From IMG/VR virus record IMGVR_UViG_3300002231_000336: a stretch of DNA of 64,000 nt. The stretch is one strand, 5' to 3'. The notes under the pieces were generated by a model that was not told the origin of the DNA, did no database searches, and worked only from the letters and a program-made list of their open reading frames with translations. A program made the translations under genes and the position numbers. Origin of the DNA: a virus. Of the stretch, positions 22,375 through 31,446 are shown in pieces (position 1 is the first letter of the stretch; every line of letters starts with the position of its first letter).

Positions 22375-22935
22375 TTATGTGTACTCTTTCTCGTTCAACT
22401 CATTATTAATAATATCAATAACTTCTTGTTTTGTATCTCGCTCATATTGCTTTCTTTTGCGCCCCGCAACACCATGGTAAATATAATGGCAATTAGCGCA
22501 AAGAGTTACATAACCAATCTTTTTAGTTCTATTAATATGATGTAAATGTAATGCGTGTTTGTTGCCAAAACCACAACACTCACATGACTTATTTCTTAGA
22601 TGTTTTGAAAACTTGTATGCAGCCCTTAAACACTTATAACTACAATATTTGCTTCTATTACCTTTAGTCGTGAACTTAACTCCACAACAAGCACATATAA
22701 TTTCACGAGATTTCGCAGTTAAGCTCTTGCCAGTACATTCTTTACAGCAAAACCTCTGCCTAGATCTACTGGTCTTGTATTTTCTCCCACAATACTCACA
22801 TTCTTTTTCTATTCTTCGTGCGAGACGTTGCCTTTTCTTACATTGCTCGACTTTGTGACTTCTACTACAATACTTTTTGGTACTATGTTTAGTTTCAAAA
22901 ATATTACCACAATATAAACAAGTAACTTTACGCAT
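22375..22935 (-). CDS. HNH endonuclease with multiple zinc-ribbon repeats (homing-type)
   Basis: Repeated CxxC...YCSxxC units; CECC...HLHHI...LCANCHYIYH HNH core. Confidence 0.8.
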   Translation of the reverse strand: MRKVTCLYCGNIFETKHSTKKYCSRSHKVEQCKKRQRLARRIEKECEYCGRKYKTSRSRQRFCCKECTGKSLTAKSREIICACCGVKFTTKGNRSKYCSYKCLRAAYKFSKHLRNKSCECCGFGNKHALHLHHINRTKKIGYVTLCANCHYIYHGVAGRKRKQYERDTKQEVIDIINNELNEKEYT

Positions 22936-23183
22936 CTTCAACCTCCTACTAGGTTTACGGACTAGGCCATCAGTAGGGATGACCAGGGGGGCTACCCTTT
23001 TCGTCCTGTTTCAAATTTTTACAGCGACATAACTTGTTGCCTTACATATATTTAAGACACCCAGTGGGGGTTTTCACTTCCCAACTTACCCCCGCCATAC
23101 ATCTTTTAAAAACCTTTTATAAAGAGGGTAAGAGTAGACCCAGTAAAGGCTTATGCTGCAGCAGCAAACGATACCAGTCTATA

Positions 23184-23199
23184 TGTTTCACGTGAAACA
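23184..23199. promoter_or_regulatory. parS: parS site (ParB/Spo0J centromere), perfect consensus
   Basis: TGTTTCACGTGAAACA, extending to an 18-bp palindrome at 23183-23200. Confidence 0.85.
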
Positions 23200-23204
23200 T
23201 TGGC

Positions 23205-23606
23205 TTAGGCAATCTTGGTAACCTTGGTGTCCTTGTATGACTCGAGCAACTGCTTCTCTTTGTCGTCGTATTTGACATTGACTGTGGTGTTATTGACTTG
23301 CGAGACAAGGCCTTCAATCTTGGCTAGACTGTCTAAAGCATGCAATTGATCCTTGTCGGATACATTGTTATTGTCGACGAACTTTTTATATAACCTCTTT
23401 ATTTCTGCGGGTGTAAGTAATACTTCTTGGAACTTCTTGGATAGTTCATCTTTAATAAGTTTATCTTTAAGTAAATTACAAGCTGTAGATGCAGCGTTCT
23501 TGGGTGTAAATCCGGCTTTTATTGCTGATTGTGTAGCATTCACACTCTGGACATACTCATTTATAAATAACTTGTGTTTGCGTCCTAGCTTTTTGAGTGG
23601 TTTCAC
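23205..23606 (-). CDS. terS: Terminase small subunit
   Basis: KHKLFINEYV..NATQSAIKAGFTPKNAASTACNLLK, the TerS HTH signature. Confidence 0.9.
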   Translation of the reverse strand: MKPLKKLGRKHKLFINEYVQSVNATQSAIKAGFTPKNAASTACNLLKDKLIKDELSKKFQEVLLTPAEIKRLYKKFVDNNNVSDKDQLHALDSLAKIEGLVSQVNNTTVNVKYDDKEKQLLESYKDTKVTKIA

Positions 23607-23797
23607 TGTGTTGTCCTTTGTATTTCATGTAGCAGATGCCTACATGCGATTATGTCTTGGCGTAAGTGCGTATCCACAATATCTTGTATCAATACGTTAT
23701 TGTCGTAAATGTATATGTCTTGGTTATTGTGTCTATGTGATAGTTTGACCCGTGGTATCGTCTCTGGTTTGCACATCAGCGCGTCTTTGATTAACAT
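23603..23797 (-). CDS. Hypothetical protein, first gene of the leftward operon
   Basis: 64 aa, overlaps the terS start by 4 nt. Confidence 0.5.
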   Translation of the reverse strand: MLIKDALMCKPETIPRVKLSHRHNNQDIYIYDNNVLIQDIVDTHLRQDIIACRHLLHEIQRTTQ

Positions 23798-23830
23798 AAT
23801 ATGATTTTTTCTCTTAAAGATTATATATAT

Positions 23831-23858
23831 ATTATAACATATATTTGATAAATGTCAA
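23831..23858 (-). promoter_or_regulatory. Sigma70-type leftward promoter
   Basis: TTGACA-16 nt-TATAAT on the minus strand. Confidence 0.75.
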
Positions 23859-23984
23859 GCTGTAGAGCTAAAATAGTTATAAATAGTCGTTAAAATGCTT
23901 TATTAATTGTTTTAATAAGTGTTTAGATAGTTATGGTTTTATTATGTTTCTGCATATTTTTTATGATATCTGTGCAACAAAGTT

Positions 23985-24061
23985 AGTAACAGTAACACAG
24001 TAACACACCCACTTATATATATCCAAAAACAAAGAGTGTTACTGAAGAATTTTTGTTACTG
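23985..24061. repeat. AGTAAC / GTTACT direct and inverted repeat cluster
   Basis: AGTAAC at 23985, 23991 and 23999; GTGTTACTG at 24036 and TGTTACTG at 24054, in AT-rich intergenic DNA. Confidence 0.7.
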
Positions 24062-24342
24062 AGTTTTTCTGTTTGTTGGAGATGTTGTTTTTTTTAGACA
24101 CGTTTTTAAATGTTTTTTCCCTATAAGCCAGTGAGCTTGCTCACCCCGCTATATATCATACATTGTATGTAATATTGGTACTACATTGTTAATTGCTCTG
24201 TATTTGCGCCGTAACGCCCCTCTAAGGCATTTTATGTTGTTCTGTGTCGGTTATGCTTAATGCCTTTAAAACGGCAATATATGGTTAAAGTTTCTTAGTT
24301 TATCGGGCGATAAAATAAATGTGGAATAGTTGAAAAAAAATA

Positions 24343-24371
24343 TTGACAAACGATTTTGCGTCGGTTATATT
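24343..24371 (+). promoter_or_regulatory. Strong sigma70-type early promoter
   Basis: A-tract, then TTGACA-17 nt-TATATT. Confidence 0.8.
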
Positions 24372-24416
24372 TAGGTATCTTTGAAATAGGTTATTAACTT
24401 TTACAGAGGGGGAAAA

Positions 24417-24596
24417 ATGAAAACATTAAGATATAAACTGACACTAAAACACAAGGGCAAAGCATACGGTGAAATAATGCGCACAGTATCTAATCGCAAA
24501 GCTTGTCGTGATTGGGTGGTTACAATGTCCAGTAATGATATTATCGCTGAAGCGATAGACATAAAAACTGGCAAAGTTATTTATACGTCAAATTGA
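24417..24596 (+). CDS. Early protein 1 (59 aa)
   Basis: GAGGGGG RBS; MKTLRYKLTLKHKGK...IYTSN*. Confidence 0.7.
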   Translation: MKTLRYKLTLKHKGKAYGEIMRTVSNRKACRDWVVTMSSNDIIAEAIDIKTGKVIYTSN

Positions 24597-24598
24597 CA

Positions 24599-24650
24599 AA
24601 CCGAAACCGCCTTCAGGCGGTCTACACGTCATACGTGTACTGATGAGGTT
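24599..24650 (+). ncRNA. Type II hammerhead ribozyme
   Basis: AACC GAAA CCGCC-TTCA-GGCGG TC^ TACACG-TCATA-CGTGTA CTGATGA GGTT. All core nucleotides and three stems are present; GUC cleavage after 24622. Confidence 0.9.
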
Positions 24651-24684
24651 AACAGATTAATAATGATTTACAGAGGGGGATCCA

Positions 24685-24852
24685 ATGAACAATTACAGAG
24701 TAGAAAAAGAACAGGACCATATCAGGGTATCAAAAGACACTAGTTTTTACATTGAAGCTGATACCGTTGAAGAAGTGAAGGAATATCTAACAAGTAAAGG
24801 TATGGAATTCTCACGTTATGGAAAATTTACTAACACGGTATATTACAAGTAA
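24685..24852 (+). CDS. Early protein 2 (55 aa)
   Basis: Same TTTACAGAGGGGGA RBS block as early gene 1. Confidence 0.7.
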   Translation: MNNYRVEKEQDHIRVSKDTSFYIEADTVEEVKEYLTSKGMEFSRYGKFTNTVYYK

Positions 24853-24862
24853 GGGATATAGC

Positions 24863-24961
24863 ATGAGAAAAGTATTAATGTTGTTAGTAGTGATAACTTT
24901 GGTCGTAACGTTTCCGGCGTGGTTACCGGTAATGCTGGCGGTCGTGTTTAATGTAGGGTAA
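24863..24961 (+). CDS. 32-aa hydrophobic membrane peptide
   Basis: MRKVLMLLVVITLVVTFPAWLPVMLAVVFNVG*; AAGGGA RBS. Confidence 0.5.
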   Translation: MRKVLMLLVVITLVVTFPAWLPVMLAVVFNVG

Positions 24962-24978
24962 ACTGAAAGGGGTAAGAG

Positions 24979-25413
24979 ATGAACACACAAACAGTAAAAC
25001 TCAATGATTTAGCGCAATACTTCACAACAGGCAAGAGAGACAATGACGAAATATACTATTTTCTTAACGATGAAGCACCGCAAGTATTACATGACGCAAT
25101 ACATGAAGCACACGGGGATATGCTACCGGATGATTTTATTTATAGCTTGTGTTATGATATTTGTTGTGCATTTGAAGAGCATGAAGAAGTAACAAGCGAG
25201 ACCGCATATGATGTGATGGAGAGTTTGGAGCCAAGTATTTATACAGCAGACCTTACAAAATGGTTAGCAAGTAATAATATGCGCATAGATTATTTAAACG
25301 AAGCCATCGAGATTTACAATATCACAGATGGGTTCCAATTACTCGCAACGGCTCAAATGTGCGAGATTAACGAAAGAGGGAATTTGTTTATTAACTATTT
25401 GCAGAATAACTAA
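24979..25413 (+). CDS. Acidic Ocr-like (DNA-mimic anti-restriction) protein
   Basis: LHDAIH is shared with T7 Ocr; PSIYTADL resembles Ocr PHYYADI; Asp/Glu-rich; early position. Confidence 0.55.
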   Translation: MNTQTVKLNDLAQYFTTGKRDNDEIYYFLNDEAPQVLHDAIHEAHGDMLPDDFIYSLCYDICCAFEEHEEVTSETAYDVMESLEPSIYTADLTKWLASNNMRIDYLNEAIEIYNITDGFQLLATAQMCEINERGNLFINYLQNN

Positions 25414-26317
25414 TAATAAAGGGGTATATCATGGACGATAAAACCTTATGTATTGCGTATGTGTTAATGATCGTATTGATAATAGTGGTACTCTGAAAGG
25501 TTAATATATGAACACTAAAGAAGTACTTTACCCAAACGAACTGCTAACATATGAGTATTTATTCGTAATATGGGAGTTCATGCGGTTGGAGCAGGTTATT
25601 AACGAACTATAGGTAGAAAGATATGACATAATGAAACGGGAATATGAAGAAGCGAATAGGCTTTGCGCTGCATGTAAGCATGAGTGTAAGCAACGCAAAG
25701 GGACAAAGGTTATTTATTGCAGGGATTATAAACGAAAAGAGCCATCAACGAAAGGGGGGGCAAAATGATGGGTGAACCATATGATATTGAGCTAGAGAAG
25801 TTCTTTGAGACAAATGAGCATTGTCTTATGAGAGAATTCGTAGAACTGCCACAGATACAGGAACTGTTTAATGAATACGTAACAGAATGTTATGATGAAC
25901 ATTGTGAACGATATAAGAAGGGGGGACGATATGAACTGGACCCAGGACGGAATATATAGGAAAGAGAACAACAATAATCAATATGCTAATAAGGTGTTAA
26001 TGGATATAAGTGGTACGGTACGTGGAATCGAACAAGCAAAGCAATTGGAAGAGGATTTAATAGAAAAGAATAACCGCGACTCACTAATAAAGGAGGGGTG
26101 AAATGACTAGTAGAGAGAGATTAAATAAGTTCCGGCAATTAGCACATCATATCGCAATGGCTTCGAGCGTACTAGCTTATGATGATATAAGCCGGGAAGA
26201 AATAGACGTGCTGTGTGATGAGCTAAGGGAAAAGCTTTATTATCAGAATGATGTTAAGGTTGGTTTACCGCGACACCGGATTATTAACGGATGTGCATGC
26301 AGAGAGGACATATAGCT

Positions 26318-26791
26318 ATGAGTATAATTGATCATGTTGTTTGGGTGATGAATAGCGTATTAAGCTGGGTAGTTATTGCGCTGTTTATGTTGTTAGTGTT
26401 TTTATTAAGTTGCCGGAAGGCATTGGCTTATAATGAGAAGAAGGTGCTGGAGACGATTATATATGAAGCTGGTGGGGAATCCTTAGAGGGACAAACCTTA
26501 GTGGCCTCTTGTATTGAGAATAGAGCCAGAGAGCGTGAACTTGCACCAGTTGAAGTGGTAACAGAACCATGGCAGTTCAGTTGTTGGAATAAAGGGGCTG
26601 TACATTGGAGATATACAGACGATGAAATGGGAATAGCTAAGAAGGCGTGGGACAATAGAGACAAATACACAGAGCTAGGTATCAATATGTATTGTAGGTA
26701 TGATTGCGAACCATATTGGGCTGATGCTAAAGGAATGCATTTTGTGTGTAGGTTAGGGAACCATAAGTTCTATAGAGAGGAGAGACCATGA
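26318..26791 (+). CDS. Cell-wall hydrolase (SleB / Hydrolase_2 family) with N-terminal membrane anchor
   Basis: TIIYEAGGESLEGQTLVA..IENRA, PWQFSCWN, LGNHKFY. Confidence 0.85.
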   Translation: MSIIDHVVWVMNSVLSWVVIALFMLLVFLLSCRKALAYNEKKVLETIIYEAGGESLEGQTLVASCIENRARERELAPVEVVTEPWQFSCWNKGAVHWRYTDDEMGIAKKAWDNRDKYTELGINMYCRYDCEPYWADAKGMHFVCRLGNHKFYREERP

Positions 26792-27536
26792 GAAAAGGGA
26801 CAAATACACCAGGTGACGCTGAAATGTATGAGGCATGGTTGGCTGATAAGCAGGTACAGGAGGAATTTCTTGAATGGTTAAAGGCTGTACATGAACAAAT
26901 GGAACAAGAGGAGGTGATATGAAGAAGAAAAGGGGAAAAAGTGACAGCGAGGCGATGGTCAATATGATGGAAATATTAGTACGTATATTGGTTAAGCAAC
27001 GTAAAACAATTGAGGTGCTTAATAGGTATATGATAGCACTTAAAAGCCATGTACTGGAGATTGATCAGGAATTTGTAAAACATATGGAGCGTGAACACAA
27101 TATGGTACGGAAGAGCGAGGGTGAACACAACGCTGATATGACGTTTGAAAGAATGATGCGAAAGATGATGGGGGATGGTTATGAATAGTCGAGAGATTGC
27201 AGCGCTAAGTGATGTACAGTTAAAAGAAGTGTATGGTGTGGTATATGAGAAGTTGTTTAACTGGTATGAAAAAAGAGATAATGGGTATGAGTTGACTAAG
27301 AAAGATGAAAAATGTTTAGTAGACTTGTTTAATCTTGAGAGACGATTAGAGCGTGAAGATAAGATAAGAAAGGAGGGTGTAAATAAAGGGCGTATAAACA
27401 CATGTAAAAAGGTATTACCAATTAATACACTAAGGAAACATAGGTTAGGTAAACAAGCCAGAAAAAGAGAATCATTAATCCAACAGGGATTTGTAAACTC
27501 TTATCTGTTAAGAAAAAGGGCTACAACTTTTTTGAC

Positions 27537-27564
27537 TTGACTTGTTTAAGATTTTCTGTATAAT
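27537..27564 (+). promoter_or_regulatory. Sigma70-type promoter for the replication/recombination operon
   Basis: TTGACT-16 nt-TATAAT in an intergenic gap. Confidence 0.6.
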
Positions 27565-27726
27565 GGTTGTTAATTGATAAATTAAATTATTTTCCTAGAG
27601 AGAGATAGAATCCACAAAAATAATATGTTGCATCGAACGTGCCTCGGCCACTAGGGTTTCCAAACCCTTTCTTCTCTCTCTTATTTGGTTTGCCCTAGTG
27701 GTCATTTTAAAAGAAAGGGAGAGGAT

Positions 27727-28335
27727 ATGAGAGAAAAAATTCGCAATATAATTTATGATTGGTGCCTGACGCGGGGCGAACAAGTTTTAGCGCTAGAAGA
27801 ATTTCTTGCTGATAAAGGATATTATGAGGCACCGGCGGCAGCGAAGAACCATAACAACTTTGAAGGTGGGCTAGCCCTACACAGCTGGAATGTGTACAAG
27901 ACGGCAATAGCCATAAAGCATAGTATTTGTAATGGGCTTAGCGGAGAAAGCGTGGTCATTTGTTCCCTGTTCCACGATGCACACAAGGTCTGTGATGTAT
28001 GGGGCAATAAGACATATCTGCCGAACGTACTTAAGAGTGGAGAAACAAGCGAGAAGAAGCCATATGTGGTGAACAAAGAGAAGGTCGCTTCCCTACCGGC
28101 CTATATGAGTGGATTGATTGTTATGAGATTTGTAGAGCTGGCTGATGATGAATACCAGGCTATTATAGGCCATGATGGACAGTATGTAGTAGAGAACAGA
28201 GCGCTAGTGCATAAAGAAGAGCCATTGACGCTGATTCTCCACTGGGCTGATATGTGGAGTGCTAGCCAAATTGAAAGAGCGGACAGTGGCTTTCATAAGT
28301 TGCAGACGGAGGTTCGCCATGGGAAAAGAACATGA
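27727..28335 (+). CDS. HD-domain phosphohydrolase (YhaM-like HD motif, no OB fold)
   Basis: APAAAKNHNNFEGGLALHSWNV, FHDAHK, IIGHDG, HWADM. Confidence 0.85.
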   Translation: MREKIRNIIYDWCLTRGEQVLALEEFLADKGYYEAPAAAKNHNNFEGGLALHSWNVYKTAIAIKHSICNGLSGESVVICSLFHDAHKVCDVWGNKTYLPNVLKSGETSEKKPYVVNKEKVASLPAYMSGLIVMRFVELADDEYQAIIGHDGQYVVENRALVHKEEPLTLILHWADMWSASQIERADSGFHKLQTEVRHGKRT

Positions 28336-28508
28336 AGATACGAATTCAAGAATTGCACTTAACTATATTAACAATATAATGTGTGAAGCGAAAGAAGGAC
28401 GAATGGATGTTGTAAAAGCGTTCACTGAGATTACTTGCCATTGTAATGAAGCGATGGGTAAAATGATGGATATGGATGGTGTCAACTGGAGGGAGGATTT
28501 ATATAACT

Positions 28509-29237
28509 ATGCCGATAATAAAACTAGATAAACCAAAGGAGGTGATGGAAATGTTACCTAAAGAGAAAAGTAAGATTGATAATAGATTGAGCTCGCAGAC
28601 ATTCCTAATATATGGGGAGAATAGGATAGGAAAGAGTACGTTAGCTTCTCGCTTTCCTAATGCAATATTCGCAGCGTGTGAACCAGGACATAAACAATTA
28701 GAGATTTATAAGCAGGATATTCGTAGTTGGGAAGAGTTTATTAAATTCTGTGGTGCGCTTGTAAAGGAAGAACACAATTTCGAGACTATTGTTATTGACC
28801 CGATTAAACGGCTGATGACATTCTGTAGCGCTTATGTATGCGCCCAGAGAAATATTGAGTATCCGGGCGATATGCCAATGGGTAAGGGTTGGTATTTCTT
28901 AGCTCAGGAATTTGACCGGGTGATAGAGAAGTTGCGCAATCTAGGCTACTGCATAGTGTTTATAGGGCATAGTAAACTAATAGAGATAAATCATGGGAGG
29001 AATGTTAAACCGTATAACAGGACAATATTCAATATGTCTGGGCAAACACGAGATATTGTTGTGAATGCGACCGACCACACATTGTTTCTGGATAAGGAGG
29101 TGAGAGGGGACGAGGAGATTAGAATTATAAGAACGAGGAACAGTAAGTTCTGGGAAGCTGGCTGTAGAAATGAGAAGTTAGAAGCTGCTACAGCTATCCC
29201 ACTTAACTATGATGAATTAGCTAAGTATTTTAACTAA
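28509..29237 (+). CDS. AAA_24 family ATPase (Sak4-like recombination protein)
   Basis: LIYGENRIGKST Walker A, TIVIDPI Walker B, IVFIGHS. Confidence 0.85.
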   Translation: MPIIKLDKPKEVMEMLPKEKSKIDNRLSSQTFLIYGENRIGKSTLASRFPNAIFAACEPGHKQLEIYKQDIRSWEEFIKFCGALVKEEHNFETIVIDPIKRLMTFCSAYVCAQRNIEYPGDMPMGKGWYFLAQEFDRVIEKLRNLGYCIVFIGHSKLIEINHGRNVKPYNRTIFNMSGQTRDIVVNATDHTLFLDKEVRGDEEIRIIRTRNSKFWEAGCRNEKLEAATAIPLNYDELAKYFN

Positions 29238-29248
29238 AGGGGGATTAG

Positions 29249-29839
29249 ATGGAAGATGTTACGGTAAATGATGTTAAGGAAACATTTGGAGCGGAGGTCA
29301 CAGAGCCTGTTGATGTTGTGCAAAATAACAGAGTGTTTGACGGGCTAAGTGGGTATACACCAGAGTTAATTGATGATAGTGATAACGAGATCACGGCGCT
29401 TAATGGGAATTACATAGTTGATATTGTGTCCCTTGTTAGGCGTACCGGTATTGGAAAGAATTCTGGTAAACCATATGATTTTTACAGTATGAAGCTACGG
29501 GTAAACGAAACTGTTAGTGGTGTAGAAGGTGCAGGGCGGTATTTAGACAAGATGTATAGTTTGTTGGATAGTGAATGGGCTACTGGCGAAGAGAACCTTA
29601 AAAAACTCGCTAATGATCTATTCACAGCGAATATTAATATTGATACAAGTAGTCCAGATACTTTTGATGAAAGTTGTGCAAAAGCTGAGGGGTGTAACGC
29701 CAAAGTTCGTGCATATGGGAGAAAGAAGAATGGCGCCATTGTCAGGGATGATTCTGGTTGGCCAAAACACACAGTAAAGTTCGTGCATGAATTTAAGGAG
29801 AAAGGTGGTGGCGCAAAAAGCGTAACCGATATTTTTTAG
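29249..29839 (+). CDS. Probable ssDNA-binding protein (DUF669-like)
   Basis: Follows AAA_24; GNYIVDIVS...SMKLRVNE pattern; acidic; ends in DIF. Confidence 0.55.
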   Translation: MEDVTVNDVKETFGAEVTEPVDVVQNNRVFDGLSGYTPELIDDSDNEITALNGNYIVDIVSLVRRTGIGKNSGKPYDFYSMKLRVNETVSGVEGAGRYLDKMYSLLDSEWATGEENLKKLANDLFTANINIDTSSPDTFDESCAKAEGCNAKVRAYGRKKNGAIVRDDSGWPKHTVKFVHEFKEKGGGAKSVTDIF

Positions 29840-29892
29840 CAAAGGATGTGATTTCTTAATTCTAAGTGCAAGATTATTACTAATAATGAAGT

Positions 29893-30351
29893 TTGGCGAA
29901 GGGGGTCGTTATCATAACTATTATCCAGGACACCAGAGAACAAACACCGTTAGAGTTCACACATAAAGATGTGAGGGTTCTTGTAGAGAAACTTGACTAT
30001 GGTGATTATGGGTGTAGATGTGATGATGGCTCCCTTTTTCCTGTTGTGTTTGAAAGAAAAAGTTTAGGCGATTTATTTGGAACATTGGGTAAGGGTTATA
30101 AAAGATTTAAGAAAGAATATAATGGTGCAATTATTAATGGTGTTAGATTGGTATTGGCGATTGAATGCCCGCTGTTAAAAGTGCTTAATGGGTATAAGTG
30201 GAGTAAAAGAAAACCAGATAGTTTAGTCAAGCAAGTATTCACATTACAGAGTAAACACGGGTTAGAGGCGAGATTTTTTTGGAATAGAGAAGAAATGGCA
30301 GAGTATATTACCTGGTTTTTCTTAGACGCTGTTAAGGGGGAGAAGAAATGA
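29893..30351 (+). CDS. ERCC4-domain nuclease
   Basis: IQDTREQTP, LDYGDY, ERKSLGDL, LAIE. Confidence 0.85.
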   Translation: MAKGVVIITIIQDTREQTPLEFTHKDVRVLVEKLDYGDYGCRCDDGSLFPVVFERKSLGDLFGTLGKGYKRFKKEYNGAIINGVRLVLAIECPLLKVLNGYKWSKRKPDSLVKQVFTLQSKHGLEARFFWNREEMAEYITWFFLDAVKGEKK

Positions 30352-31446
30352 AAAGTGTTACAGTAGCGTTACTCGCGAGTTTAATGGTGGTAAATATGAC
30401 AACAGAACTGTTTGTAGACAGAGCGATGAATACCCGGCATGGGTTGCAGCAAGAGGCAGTTATGGTGGTAGATAATCATTTTAATGACAAGCAGATAGAT
30501 AAAACTTATGTCGATATGCTTAAGGTTGAGTATGATAAAAGGGGTATTGAGTTGCCTGTTGATAGTGATGCTGGGTTTGATGCGTTTATATGGCAAGCAT
30601 TAAGTGAGTGTGAGGTTAGTGTTTGGGAGAGTGCGTAACTAAAAGAGAGATTATGGAAAAGCAATGTAAGAAATGTGACGAGATGGTAGAGGGAGAAGAC
30701 TTGGGCGATAATCCTTGTTGGTTGACATTTGTGTGTGAATGTGGTCATTACTGGGGTGAGAATTGTTTAGATGATTATGTTGAGATGGTTGAGAATAGGT
30801 ATGGGGATAAATAACCGTTTATTGACGAGGAGATGAAGAATGAATGAGTTTGAAACCTTATTAGAGAAATTGTGTGATGAAGAATATTGTGGACGTGAAA
30901 GATATATTAATGACCTACAATTCCAATACAGAATAAGACAGGAAGCAATAGGTCTAATTTACAGCAGGGATAGATGCAATAGACTTCTGAAACCAACCAC
31001 ACAGGATACTAAAGGAGGTGGAGAATGATTTGTAATACATGCAAGCACTGTGACCAAGACTTTATGCCACTCTGTGATAAGAAACATAGTATTGCTACAA
31101 TTATGTGGGAAAACATTAATGAGTGTGTTGATTTTGAACCAACCACACAGGAGCATGAATAATGGAATTTATGCTTGGGTTGCTTACTGGGACAATCATT
31201 GAATGGTACGCCTGTTATTACTTTAGTGAATGGAAGAAGTTGAGAGAGGAGCATGAGAGCCAATGGAGGATGTTATGAAAACTTGTGAGATATGTGATAA
31301 GCAAAGCGACTATGTAAAATCAACAGTTGTTAGCAATAAGCCATTTAAGACGGTAATGGAATGTGATGATTGTTATGCTAAAAGATGCAAGAGAGATTGC
31401 AGGGGGTTAAATAATTGTTAATTAATGGAGAATGCTCTCGATAGAA

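Noticed and set aside
22960-23015. Second hammerhead on the minus strand (GAAAC...GTC...CTGATGG)
   Set aside because: The core reads CUGAUGG rather than CUGAUGA, stem III does not close onto the UH site, and stem I cannot form.
23117-23317. 66-aa ORF containing MFHVKH
   Set aside because: It overlaps terS out of frame, and MFHVKH is simply the translation of the parS palindrome.
1167-23748. Numerous plus-strand ORFs across the late arm and minus-strand ORFs across the early arm
   Set aside because: They are antisense shadows of well-supported genes, with no RBS or recognisable motifs.
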